DNA of 64,000 bases from Acidobacteriota bacterium (GTDB taxonomy: Bacteria > Acidobacteriota > UBA6911 > RPQK01 > G965218465), in NCBI GenBank assembly GCA_965218465.1, contig OZ244623.1:2801358-2865357 (forward strand), written 5' to 3'. This document shows, piece after piece, positions 27,533-36,803 of this stretch (the stretch's first letter is position 1; every line of letters begins with the position of its first letter). The notes under the pieces are model-generated. The model had not been told where the DNA came from. It searched no databases and worked only from the letters and a program-made list of their open reading frames with translations. The translations under genes were made by a program, and so were the position numbers.

Positions 27533-28285
27533 ATGAGAGAGAAACTTCTATTCAACCAACGAGAACTGTACCGTTATCTGGTGGATTGGGGATTGCTGAT
27601 TTTGCTGGCTGGAATCCTGGTGACGGTAGGCTTGATGGGCGCCATGGTTGGGATGCGTTTTGCAGTGCGTAGTGCGGAGGTGGTGGTTCCGCTGGTGACG
27701 GGCAAGGATCGCGAAAGTGCCGAAGCTGTTCTGGACGGCCGTGACTTGGGGCTTGAAGTGATTGGTGACCGTTATGATGACGACGTTGCCAAGGGGACGA
27801 TCATTTCTCAAAATCCGAGGGCCGGTCGGCGAATCAAGGCGAAGCGGGCTGTCCAGGTGATGATGAGTCTGGGTAAGAGATCCCATCCGGTGCCGGACCT
27901 GATTGGATCGACTCTGCGAGTCGCTCAGTTGGCCTCGGCGCAAGACAACTATGAAATCGGACGGGTGAGCGAGATCAATTGGCTTGGTGTTGAAGAGGGT
28001 ATTGTTATTCAACAATATCCTGCGCCCGGCTCAATCACTGTGGCCAGTCCCCAGATCAATCTGCTGATCAGCCGGGGAAAGGGACAGCGACACATCATGC
28101 CCGACTTCATGGGAAAGAATCTCAACGAAGTCCAGCCGTTCCTGCAAAGCCAAGGCTTTGAGCTTGCCAACATTGAATATCGGTTCTATCGCAACGCGAT
28201 CAAGGGCTCGGTGGTTAAACAGTTTCCCGGCGCCGGTTATCTGCTGACTGACGGAGACACCATTAACCTAGGGGTGGCCCGCTGA
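27533..28285 (+). CDS. Stand-alone PASTA-domain membrane protein (TM helix + 3 PASTA repeats, with no kinase or PBP domain)
   Basis: MREKLLFNQRELYRYLVDWGLLILLAGILVTVGLMGAMVG, then three units of about 65 aa (VVPLVTGKDRESAEAVL.., PVPDLIGSTLRVAQLA.., IMPDFMGKNLNEVQPFL..). The part of the track ORF from 27401 overlaps the rsmB 3' end. Confidence 0.8.
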   Translation: MREKLLFNQRELYRYLVDWGLLILLAGILVTVGLMGAMVGMRFAVRSAEVVVPLVTGKDRESAEAVLDGRDLGLEVIGDRYDDDVAKGTIISQNPRAGRRIKAKRAVQVMMSLGKRSHPVPDLIGSTLRVAQLASAQDNYEIGRVSEINWLGVEEGIVIQQYPAPGSITVASPQINLLISRGKGQRHIMPDFMGKNLNEVQPFLQSQGFELANIEYRFYRNAIKGSVVKQFPGAGYLLTDGDTINLGVAR

Positions 28286-28968
28286 TGGCATCCGTCCTGC
28301 CTTCTCTCTTGGCTGCCGATTTCGTGAACTTGGAGCGGGAGATCCGCCTGGTCGAGGCGGCGGGGGCGCAAGTGCTTCATTTGGATGTAATGGACGGGCA
28401 TTTTGTTCCCAACCTCACCTTTGGCCAACCGGTGATTCGGTCCATCCGGGGTTGTACCAAGTTGAAATTGGACGTGCACCTGATGATCTCCAATGCCGAT
28501 CAGACTTTCACTGATTACATCGAGGCCGGGGCCGACCTGCTCAGTATCCACTACGAAGCGGTCACTCACCTGGATCGTGTACTCTCGGGAATTGCGGAAG
28601 CAGGGGCGCTCCCGGGCGTGGTTCTCAACCCTCATACCCCGGTGGCTAGTCTGGATGAGATTCTGCACAAGTGCCACCACGTTTTGTTGATGTCGGTGAA
28701 TCCCGGTTTTGGTGGCCAACAATTCTTACCTGCCAGCCTCAAGAAAGCGGCGAAACTGAGGAGAATAGTTGAGCGCAGAAACCTCGCGACCAAAATTGAG
28801 CTCGATGGCGGAATCAGTCTAAATAACATTGCCCACGCCGTTGAGGCGGGTGTCGAACTCCTGGTGGCCGGCTCGGCGATATTCGGTTCCGAAGAGCCGG
28901 CTGCCACCTTTCGCAAAATGCAGGAAATCGCCGATTCAGTAGGAACAAATCAATTATGCGAGTCTTAA
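28285..28968 (+). CDS. rpe: Ribulose-phosphate 3-epimerase
   Basis: ..LHLDVMDGHFVPNLTFG..DVHLM..MSVNPGFGGQ.F....DGG.. motifs. Confidence 0.93.
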   Translation: MASVLPSLLAADFVNLEREIRLVEAAGAQVLHLDVMDGHFVPNLTFGQPVIRSIRGCTKLKLDVHLMISNADQTFTDYIEAGADLLSIHYEAVTHLDRVLSGIAEAGALPGVVLNPHTPVASLDEILHKCHHVLLMSVNPGFGGQQFLPASLKKAAKLRRIVERRNLATKIELDGGISLNNIAHAVEAGVELLVAGSAIFGSEEPAATFRKMQEIADSVGTNQLCES

Positions 28969-29927
28969 TACACGCCCTTCTCGTGAGTGTGGTCTGGTTG
29001 GTAGTCAGCTGCGGACAAAAGAGCGCAGACTTGCAAGAAGGAGCAGTTGCTCCCGACACGACGCTTTTTGAGAATGGGATGAAGTACTTGGGAAAGAGCC
29101 AGTTCATTAAAGCTCGGCTCGCTTTTCAAACCTTGATCAACACTTATCCTGACAGCGAGTTCACGCCCGTTGCCTTGCTTTCAATAGGGGACTCTTTCTA
29201 CGCCGAGGGCGGGACTGAGAATCTCCTTCAAGCCGAAGCTCAATATAGAGATTTCATCATCTTCTACCCTACCCACGAACGGGCTGACGATGCTCAAATG
29301 AAGATTGCCGCCGTCAGTATTCGACTGATGCGGGCACCGGACCGGGATCCTACCTTCGCCCGCAAAGCAGCCGCCGAGCTGGAAAAATTTCTCGATGAAT
29401 ATCCCGACAGCGAATTGGCGCCCACCGCACTTGAGTTTGTGGTTGAGGTGAGCGAGAACTTGGCGACCGGGGTCCACATGGTGGGGAACTTCTACTTTGA
29501 GAAGCGTGCTTTTCGGGCCTCAGAAAGCCGTTTCAAAGAAGTCGTTCAGAACTGGGACGACTTCAGTGGACTGGATGAGACGCTCTTTCTGCTGGGGCGT
29601 GCGCTGGAAGAAATGGGTCGGATTGAAGAAGCCTCCGCCTACTATGGACGTTTGGCATCCGAATACCCCTTTAGCGAGTATTTCGATCCGGCCAAGGGGA
29701 AATTGGTCCTGTTGGAGAAACAGGTGCCCCCGGTGGATGAGGCCAAGGCCGAGCGGAATTTAGCAAACCGGCGGGAAGAGAGTTTCTCATTTTGGGATCC
29801 GATTCGCAGCGTGTGGAGGACTTTTGCGGGCCGGGCGGACCCCTACGAAGTGGCTCGTCGAAGGGCCGAAGAGCGTCGCGTGCGGAGAATCACAGCAGGG
29901 CAAAACCAGGCCCGTCCCAATCAATAG
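28956..29927 (+). CDS. bamD: Outer membrane protein assembly factor BamD (TPR lipoprotein)
   Basis: Lipobox LVVSC|G. TPR-like BamD pattern: ..FQTLINTYPDSEFTPVALLSIGDSFY..YRDFIIFYPTHERADDAQ..FLDEYPDSELAPTA.. Confidence 0.8.
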   Translation: MRVLIHALLVSVVWLVVSCGQKSADLQEGAVAPDTTLFENGMKYLGKSQFIKARLAFQTLINTYPDSEFTPVALLSIGDSFYAEGGTENLLQAEAQYRDFIIFYPTHERADDAQMKIAAVSIRLMRAPDRDPTFARKAAAELEKFLDEYPDSELAPTALEFVVEVSENLATGVHMVGNFYFEKRAFRASESRFKEVVQNWDDFSGLDETLFLLGRALEEMGRIEEASAYYGRLASEYPFSEYFDPAKGKLVLLEKQVPPVDEAKAERNLANRREESFSFWDPIRSVWRTFAGRADPYEVARRRAEERRVRRITAGQNQARPNQ

Positions 29928-29939
29928 TCGAGCAGCGGT

Positions 29940-30521
29940 ATGCCTCTGCTAGTGTTGGTTGACCAGAACTACGCCACCTGGCGGGTGGTAGAACTTTCCT
30001 TCGAAAACGCGGATTTCGAGGTGGTTTGTTTCGATACTGCTGCGCCGGCTCTCGAGTATCTCAAACAACATAAGCCCGACATCTTGTTGGCCAATGTTGT
30101 GCTCGCAGATTTGGACGGTTATGAATTCTGTCGCCGGGTGAAGGTAGACCCTGGGACCGCCCATATCCCGGTCGTTCTGTTAGTTGGTGCTCTGCAGGTT
30201 TTTCATGAGGGAAGAGCACGGGAGGTGGGAAGTCATGCTCACCTGGAAAAACCTTTTGAAACCAGCCTGCTGATTCGTCTTGTGACGGAAGCCCTAGAAC
30301 GGTCGCAGCCGCCTGCCAGGCAAACGGCCCCCGCAGATCCCTTGCTCAGCTTTCCCTTGAGTTTAGGGGCGGGGCAGTCGTTTTTTTCTCTGGACCGTGA
30401 AGCTCGACAGCCCGCACCGGTTTGGTTGGAGACGGAGGTCATTGTGCCCGATTTGGCTGCTCTGCTAATGGAGGCCGTAGACCGGACCACTGGCGAAGTC
30501 GAAACAGCCCCGACAAATTAG
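29940..30521 (+). CDS. Receiver-domain protein with a non-canonical phospho-acceptor site (pseudo-receiver) and a short unique tail
   Basis: CheY-like fold: LLVLVDQN.., PDILLANVVLADLDGYEF, IPVVLLVG, LEKPF. Aligning on the DG of the beta3-alpha3 loop puts Asn where Asp57 should be. DD becomes DQ and Thr87 becomes Val. No output domain. Confidence 0.75.
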   Translation: MPLLVLVDQNYATWRVVELSFENADFEVVCFDTAAPALEYLKQHKPDILLANVVLADLDGYEFCRRVKVDPGTAHIPVVLLVGALQVFHEGRAREVGSHAHLEKPFETSLLIRLVTEALERSQPPARQTAPADPLLSFPLSLGAGQSFFSLDREARQPAPVWLETEVIVPDLAALLMEAVDRTTGEVETAPTN

Positions 30522-30780
30522 GGACTCCTATCGGCAGCTATGGCGCCGGTGATCCACTCGTCCAGTTGACGGCAGGCAAGGTCACCTGCATCGAGGTTAG
30601 CGCCACGGCGGAGGTTGAGCTACTGGACGCTTGTCCCTCTGACTGATTCTTGCCATTGCGAACCGCCCGGGAACAGCCAACCCAGCTTGTCGTTTTGGTA
30701 TACTCGCAATTCTTTCGCCGCCCGGGCGGACAGTCGATTCGGCAGTTTGCAAGCGCATTAGGAAGCAATCGGTAGAACCG

Positions 30781-33435
30781 GTGAGCATAGATATTCCCAA
30801 GACGTATGACCCTGCGCAGGTCGAATCGAAGTGGTACACCTACTGGCTTGACGAGGGTGCCTTCGAGGCCGCCCCGGATTCCTCAGCACCTGCCTTTTCC
30901 GTGGTGATGCCGCCTCCAAACATTACCGGCTCGTTGCATATGGGGCATGCGCTCAACATCACTCTGCAGGACATCCTGACCCGGTGGAAGCGGATGAAGG
31001 GGTTCAACGCGCTTTGGGTTCCGGGAACCGATCATGCGGGAATTGCCACCCAGAATGTGGTGGAGCGTCAGCTGGCAGAGCGGGGGTTGCACCGGAACGA
31101 TTTGGGCAGAAAGAAGTTTGAAGAAGAGGTCTGGGCCTGGAAGGCCACGGCCGAGAAGAACATCTTGACCCAGCTGCGCCGATTGGGTTGTTGCTGTGAC
31201 TGGAGCCGCACGCGGTTCACGATGGATGAGGGCCTTTCGCGAGCTGTCAGAGAAGTCTTTGTCAGGCTCTACCAAGATGGCCTGATCTATCGGGGCGAGT
31301 ATCTGGTCAATTGGTGTTTTCGCTGCTCCACCGCAATTTCTGATCTGGAGGTGGAATACTCCGCGGTTGAAGGTCATCTTTGGTACCTCAAATACCCGAT
31401 CACCGGAAGCGCAGACTTTGTTGTTGTGGCGACCAGTCGTCCCGAGACGATGCTGGGCGATACGGCGGTTGCTATCCATCCCGACGACCACCGCTGCTCG
31501 ACTCTCCAGGGGCGCACAGTGCGGCTGCCCCTGATAGGCCGGGAAATCCCGATAGTTGCCGACTCCTTCGTGGAGCGAGAGTTTGGCACCGGGATGGTCA
31601 AAGTCACCCCGGGACACGACCCCAATGATTTTGAGATCGGGCGCCGCCATGATTTGAAAACGGTTAAGGTGATTGGCGAAGACGGCAAAATGACCGCCGA
31701 AGCGGGAACATATGCCGGGTTGGATCATCTGGCAGCTCGACGGCAGGTGGTAGCAGATCTACAAGCCCGGGGATTGATCCAGAGAATTGATAAGTACCTC
31801 CACAACGTCGGCCGCTGCCAGCGTTGCCAAACCGTTGTCGAACCCCTTGTTTCAACGCAGTGGTTCGTGCGAGTGCAATCTCTGGCTCAGCCGGCGATTG
31901 AGGCGGTGGAGCAGGGCCGGACAGTCTTTGTACCGGCCAATTACGCTGGAATCTATTTTCAGTGGATGCGAAATATTCACGATTGGTGCATCAGCCGTCA
32001 GCTATGGTGGGGGCATCAAATCCCGGCTTGGCATTGTCGCCTCTGTGGTGAGATCACGGTGTCCCGCGAGACTCCTCAACGCTGCTCGCATTGTAAGAGC
32101 GATGAGATCACGCAGGAAACCGATGTTCTCGACACTTGGTTCAGCTCGGGGCTGTGGCCGTTCTCCACCCTGGGTTGGCCCGAAAAGACTCCGGAACTCG
32201 CACGCTATTACCCGACTTCAACTCTGGTAACGGGTTTCGACATTATCTTCTTCTGGGTGGCCCGCATGATGATGCTGGGTTTGCGTTTCATGAAGGATGT
32301 GCCTTTTCGTCAGGTCCATATCAACGGACTGGTTCGTGATGAGCAGGGCCAGAAAATGTCCAAGTCGCGCGGGAACGTCATCGATCCCCTCAAACTGATC
32401 GATCAATATGGTGCTGATCCCATTCGTTTCACTTTGAGTGTGATGGCAGTGCCTGGAACCGATATTCCTTTCTCAGTCAGCCGCATGGCGGGCTATCGCG
32501 CTTTTTGTACCAAGATCTGGAATGCAGGACGGTTTCTCTTGCTCAATTTAGATGGTGAGGAAGCGGTGGACGCCGAGCAGATCGATCTGATGCGGCGATC
32601 TGGAACGCTCAAGCTGGAAGATCGCTGGATCTTGAGTTGTCTTCAGGAGCTGATCCGAGATACCAACGAGAATCTCGATAAATTCCGCTTTCATGAAGCC
32701 AGCAACGAGCTTTACCATTTTTTCTGGAGTAAGTTCTGCTCCTGGTACATCGAACTGGTGAAGGCTCGCATCACTGGTCCCGATGGGCCTGAGCGAGATG
32801 AGGCGCGCCGGGTCGCCCTTTATTTGCTGGAAACATCTTTGCGTTTGCTGCACCCCTTTGTTCCCTTTGTCACCGAGGAATTGTGGCAACGGCTTCCCCA
32901 TCAGGGAGACTATCTGTTGCAAGCCAGTTTTCCGGAGCCCAGGCTCGACTGGTTGGACGCGGCCGGCGTCGAGGCCATGACTCACTTGCAGGAACTGATT
33001 TCGGCCATCCGGTCGGCTCGAACCGGAAATCAGGTCCAACCTCGTCAGCAGCTTCCTTGCCAGCTTGTGGCAGCGCCGGAGTATCGACAACTTCTCCAGG
33101 AACAGCAGGGTCAGCTGAAGGCTCTGGGGCAGCTTGAGCCGGTTCAATTCGTCGAACGTTTGCCCGAGTCGGGTCTTCAGGTCCGAGGCGCTTCTCGTCT
33201 GGCGGAGTTCAGCTTGCTGTTGGAAGGTTTCCTCGACAAGGGTGCCGAGCGGATTCGATTGGCCAAGAAAATCGATAGTTGTCAGCGGGATGTATACGGT
33301 CTGCAATCGCGACTGGACAACAAGTCTTTTGTGGAGCGGGCGCCCGCAGCAGTAGTGGAAAAAACGCGGCTGCGTTTGCAGGACTCAGCGGCTTTGCTGG
33401 AGAAACTGAAGAAACAGTTGGCCGGGCTGGGCTAG
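30781..33435 (+). CDS. valS: Valine--tRNA ligase
   Basis: 884 aa. HIGH motif ([14 protein letters not shown]), KMSKS, and a C-terminal coiled coil. GTG start. Confidence 0.97.
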   Translation: MSIDIPKTYDPAQVESKWYTYWLDEGAFEAAPDSSAPAFSVVMPPPNITGSLHMGHALNITLQDILTRWKRMKGFNALWVPGTDHAGIATQNVVERQLAERGLHRNDLGRKKFEEEVWAWKATAEKNILTQLRRLGCCCDWSRTRFTMDEGLSRAVREVFVRLYQDGLIYRGEYLVNWCFRCSTAISDLEVEYSAVEGHLWYLKYPITGSADFVVVATSRPETMLGDTAVAIHPDDHRCSTLQGRTVRLPLIGREIPIVADSFVEREFGTGMVKVTPGHDPNDFEIGRRHDLKTVKVIGEDGKMTAEAGTYAGLDHLAARRQVVADLQARGLIQRIDKYLHNVGRCQRCQTVVEPLVSTQWFVRVQSLAQPAIEAVEQGRTVFVPANYAGIYFQWMRNIHDWCISRQLWWGHQIPAWHCRLCGEITVSRETPQRCSHCKSDEITQETDVLDTWFSSGLWPFSTLGWPEKTPELARYYPTSTLVTGFDIIFFWVARMMMLGLRFMKDVPFRQVHINGLVRDEQGQKMSKSRGNVIDPLKLIDQYGADPIRFTLSVMAVPGTDIPFSVSRMAGYRAFCTKIWNAGRFLLLNLDGEEAVDAEQIDLMRRSGTLKLEDRWILSCLQELIRDTNENLDKFRFHEASNELYHFFWSKFCSWYIELVKARITGPDGPERDEARRVALYLLETSLRLLHPFVPFVTEELWQRLPHQGDYLLQASFPEPRLDWLDAAGVEAMTHLQELISAIRSARTGNQVQPRQQLPCQLVAAPEYRQLLQEQQGQLKALGQLEPVQFVERLPESGLQVRGASRLAEFSLLLEGFLDKGAERIRLAKKIDSCQRDVYGLQSRLDNKSFVERAPAAVVEKTRLRLQDSAALLEKLKKQLAGLG

Positions 33436-33945
33436 AGCGTGAAGTGAACGCGATCTTCATCCGCGCTGAACGAATCGGTCCCTAATAGCGGCTCCCGCCC
33501 ATCCGCAGCTCAGCATTCAGTAGCCAACGTACACTGCACATTCCTGCCAAGTGACGATCCGGGTTGAAGCACGAATCCCCGGAACTCTTTGAAGAAGACA
33601 ACCCCGATCTTGGAGCGGCCGACGAAGCCCCACTCTAAAGAGTCGGCGGGGAAGGCAGCGGCCCAAGGCAGGTCGGCGCCGGATTGTTCGGCGAACGCAC
33701 ACGATTCATTGTTGGACGTCTATGCGATCCGCCCCAGCGGCTGACTCGGAAGGTTGGCGGTAAAGTACTTCAGTGTCAGATGTGTTTTAGTTTAATGAAG
33801 GCGGGTCTCCCCCGCACTCGATGAGTTTCCTGGAGTGAGGATGAGACCGGCGTGGACCTAGCACGTCGAGCACATGACCGCCATATGGCCGTTTCAGACC
33901 CGCGGTGCAGGCATCGAGCGGGCGCGGGGTTTACTGGAGAGCATT

Positions 33946-34746
33946 ATGCAGACTACTCGAAATCGGAGAAGCAGTATCGTGGGCTGTCTTGTGATCGGGG
34001 TGCTCTGGGGCGTCACGGGTACAGCTGAAGCGGGGAAGTTTTATATCGGTGTTACGGGAACGGGTGAACGTCTGGATGTCTTATACGAGAAAATCGTCGA
34101 CAACACTGACTCGCGCAACATTTCATCTAACCAAGGCAAGATTTATCAAGCAGACGATTCCGCTGCCAAGGCGGCATACGGCTTTGGTGTCCTGGCCGGC
34201 TACCACTTGCCTCTCGGTCCGAGCGGCGTTTATCTGAGCAGCGAGATCGACATGGATTATGACGGCAGCGTGGTGCGTGGGCATTTGCGAGGAGCAGGGA
34301 CCTCCGAGGGACGCAATCAACTGGGAGAGAACTGGCCCGAGGATTGGTCTTTTGAAAAAGCAAGAAGCTACGGATTGACGGTCCGATTGGGTGCCGGAAT
34401 CCCGATTCTGGGGTTTGGACCGAGTGTTTATGCACTCGCCGGTCTGCGCCGCCTCAAAGCGCGATTCAGGTCAGACTACACCGGGTGCTTGGATCCTACG
34501 CCGTGTACAGCGCCCAGCGAGTTTGTGTCCGGGATGGACAGCTTTAACGAGAATTTCACTGGATGGACCACCGGCGGCGGTCTGGAAAAGAAGCTGGGGA
34601 ATGCCGCGATTCGGGGCGAATTGCGCTATACCGGCTATGGGAGCGCAGGAAGGGTCATTCCATTCGACGACGTTGCGGTCAAGGTTCCGCTTGCGCTGGA
34701 AGCCGACAAGGTCAGCGTGCGAGTGGCCTTGGTGTGGTATTTCTGA
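33946..34746 (+). CDS. Outer-membrane beta-barrel protein (OMP_b-brl / OmpA-like porin family)
   Basis: Signal peptide MQTTRNRRSSIVGCLVIGVLWGVTGTAEA, alternating beta-strand pattern, and the C-terminal aromatic signature ..RVALVWYF. The track ORF starts earlier (33874). Confidence 0.65.
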   Translation: MQTTRNRRSSIVGCLVIGVLWGVTGTAEAGKFYIGVTGTGERLDVLYEKIVDNTDSRNISSNQGKIYQADDSAAKAAYGFGVLAGYHLPLGPSGVYLSSEIDMDYDGSVVRGHLRGAGTSEGRNQLGENWPEDWSFEKARSYGLTVRLGAGIPILGFGPSVYALAGLRRLKARFRSDYTGCLDPTPCTAPSEFVSGMDSFNENFTGWTTGGGLEKKLGNAAIRGELRYTGYGSAGRVIPFDDVAVKVPLALEADKVSVRVALVWYF

Positions 34747-35035
34747 ATTGTCGCCTGTCGTCAACCGCATTCCAGGTCCGTTGCCAGGAGTGATCGAAGA
34801 CCGCCAAATGCGTACACTAATCCAATGAACGCCGGCACAAATCGATCGCTACCGGCAATTCCAGTGCCCTGTCTCAACCTTTCTGAAGCTGTCGCCATAC
34901 AATCCGACCGATTTCATTCTCAAGTTCGCGCCGGCGGAAAGCGAGGGGCTCTGCACCCCCAGCCAGGATGGGCCGTGGTCTTGAATCCCAATCTGGCCAT
35001 TTCGGGGACCGACTTGGGCAAGCAAGGACACTAGC

Positions 35036-36565
35036 ATGCCAAGCAACAATCGATTACTCATCACCTGTATTGTCTCGTTGGTCGCTACGTCTTTCGGGTT
35101 TATTGTCCGGGCCTTTTTGATCAACGAATGGGGCGTGCTTTTCAATCTCACCGAGACACAGAAGGGTGCACTCCAGGGAGCCGGTCTTTTTCCATTCGCT
35201 CTCAGCATCATCTTCTTCAGCTTAATCCTCGACCGCGTTGGTTATGGCCGGGGGATGGCCGTGGCCTGGATACTGCACGTTGTCTCGGCCGTGATCACCG
35301 TTTCAGCCAATAGCTTCACATTCCTTTACCTGGGGACATTTCTGTTTTCTCTCGCCAATGGAGTGGTCGAGGCTGTCATCAACCCGGTGACCGCTACCTT
35401 ATATCCCACCCGCAAGACCCATTATCTGAACATTCTGCATGCCGGCTGGCCCGGCGGGTTGGTGCTGGGAGGGGTTCTGGCCATCGCCATGAGTGGGATG
35501 GGTGGTGAGGATTTGTGGCGTTACAAGATTGGGCTTTTTCTGATTCCAACCGTGATTTATGGATTCCTGATGCTAGGTCAGGCGTGGCCTGTTCAGGAAA
35601 GAGTGGCGGCCCGCGTTTCCTACCGCGAGATGTTGCAGGAGTTTGGTTGGGGCGGTTGCCTGGTGGTGTCCTTTTTCGCTGCCGGCGCTTTAAACGAGAT
35701 TTTGATCAACCTGTTTGCAACCGCACTTTCGGGCTGGTTGCTGGCGTTTCTGACAATCGTACCCACTGTCCTTTTTGCCTGGAAGATCGGCAGTTTCGGT
35801 CGACCCATCTTCTTCTTTCTGCTCTTGATTATGCTGCTACTGGCCACCACTGAGTTGGGTACCGACAGTTGGATCGCGGCCCTCTTGACCCCCATATTGC
35901 GCGGACTGGGCGAAAACGCCGGAAACTGGGTGTTGGTCTACACCTCGTTCATCATGTTAGTGTTGCGTTTCTTTGCGGGACCCATCGTGCATCGGATTAA
36001 TCCGCTGGGGCTGTTGGCGGCTGGCGCAGCCATCGCAGCTCTCGGACTGCTCTGGCTGTCCAGCGCCGGTACGGTCGCGGTCACGGTCTTTTTGGCCGCC
36101 ACGCTCTATGGAGTCGGAAAAAGTTATTTCTGGCCCACCACCCTGGGCGTGGTTTCCGAGCAATTCCCCAAAGGGGGCGCCTTGACGCTCAACGCGATCG
36201 CCGGAGTCGGTATGCTGGCGGTCGGTGTCTTGGGGAGTCCTTTCCTGGGAACCATGCAGGACGATGCTCTGGATAGCCGGCTGGCACAGCTGAACCCGTC
36301 CGTTCACGAACAGGTGGCCCTGCCCGAGCAGACCAAATATCTGATGCGATTCCGACCTCTGGACAAACAGAAAATTGAAGCTCTGTCGCCAGAGTCCAGG
36401 GCCAGTGTCGACCAGATCATGACCGAGACAAATCAGGGAACATTGGCGCGAGTGGCGGTGTTGCCAACCGTCATGCTGATTGGTTATCTGATTCTGATTT
36501 TCTACTTCAGGGCAAGGGGCGGATACAGACCGGTAGATCTTTCCGGCGGGTCCCAGTCTCACTAA
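35036..36565 (+). CDS. MFS-type transporter (substrate unknown)
   Basis: 509 aa with about 12-14 predicted TM helices and MFS-like loop motifs (..LDRVGYGRGM..). Confidence 0.75.
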   Translation: MPSNNRLLITCIVSLVATSFGFIVRAFLINEWGVLFNLTETQKGALQGAGLFPFALSIIFFSLILDRVGYGRGMAVAWILHVVSAVITVSANSFTFLYLGTFLFSLANGVVEAVINPVTATLYPTRKTHYLNILHAGWPGGLVLGGVLAIAMSGMGGEDLWRYKIGLFLIPTVIYGFLMLGQAWPVQERVAARVSYREMLQEFGWGGCLVVSFFAAGALNEILINLFATALSGWLLAFLTIVPTVLFAWKIGSFGRPIFFFLLLIMLLLATTELGTDSWIAALLTPILRGLGENAGNWVLVYTSFIMLVLRFFAGPIVHRINPLGLLAAGAAIAALGLLWLSSAGTVAVTVFLAATLYGVGKSYFWPTTLGVVSEQFPKGGALTLNAIAGVGMLAVGVLGSPFLGTMQDDALDSRLAQLNPSVHEQVALPEQTKYLMRFRPLDKQKIEALSPESRASVDQIMTETNQGTLARVAVLPTVMLIGYLILIFYFRARGGYRPVDLSGGSQSH

Positions 36566-36669
36566 TGCGGTCTTTGGCCGGGGCGACTGGTTGGAATAGG
36601 GCATTTTCCAGGGACAGTCTTTAGCAGCCCGGACTAGTCTTGCCATAGAGAAGGCCTACTCATTGCTGC

Positions 36670-36718
36670 TTGACAAGAGATGCCGCGGTTGGTGTAAATT
36701 TAGCCTTGTCTAAATTTA
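36670..36718 (+). promoter_or_regulatory. Candidate promoter plus a perfect 9-6-9 palindromic operator upstream of the dtxR-feoA-feoB operon
   Basis: TTGACA at 36670-36675. TAAATTTAG-ccttgt-CTAAATTTA at 36695-36718 forms perfect inverted repeats over the expected -10 region. The TTAG..CTAA half-sites recall DtxR/IdeR-type boxes. The first gene of the operon starts 85 nt downstream. Confidence 0.45.
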
Positions 36719-36803
36719 TCTTTTCTAGAGTGATAACTGGCTGTTAGCCAAAAGGTTCAAGTCGCGGACCGTCGGCTTTCAGCCACAGGATGGGTCAAAT
36801 CTG

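Noticed and set aside
33436-33873. 438-nt gap after valS that might hold an ncRNA or gene remnant. The minus frame reads ..DLPWAAAFPADSLEWGFVGRSKIGVVFFKEFRGF..
   Set aside because: There is no start codon, no family recognition, and no conserved ncRNA motif (RNase P, SRP, tmRNA or 6S signatures are absent). I left it unannotated.
36745-36785. tRNA-like T-arm string (ggttcaagtcgcgg) in the feo upstream region
   Set aside because: No complementary T-stem, acceptor stem or anticodon arm can be drawn. I saw no other GGTTCRANYC-type motif in any intergenic region, so I call no tRNA in the window.
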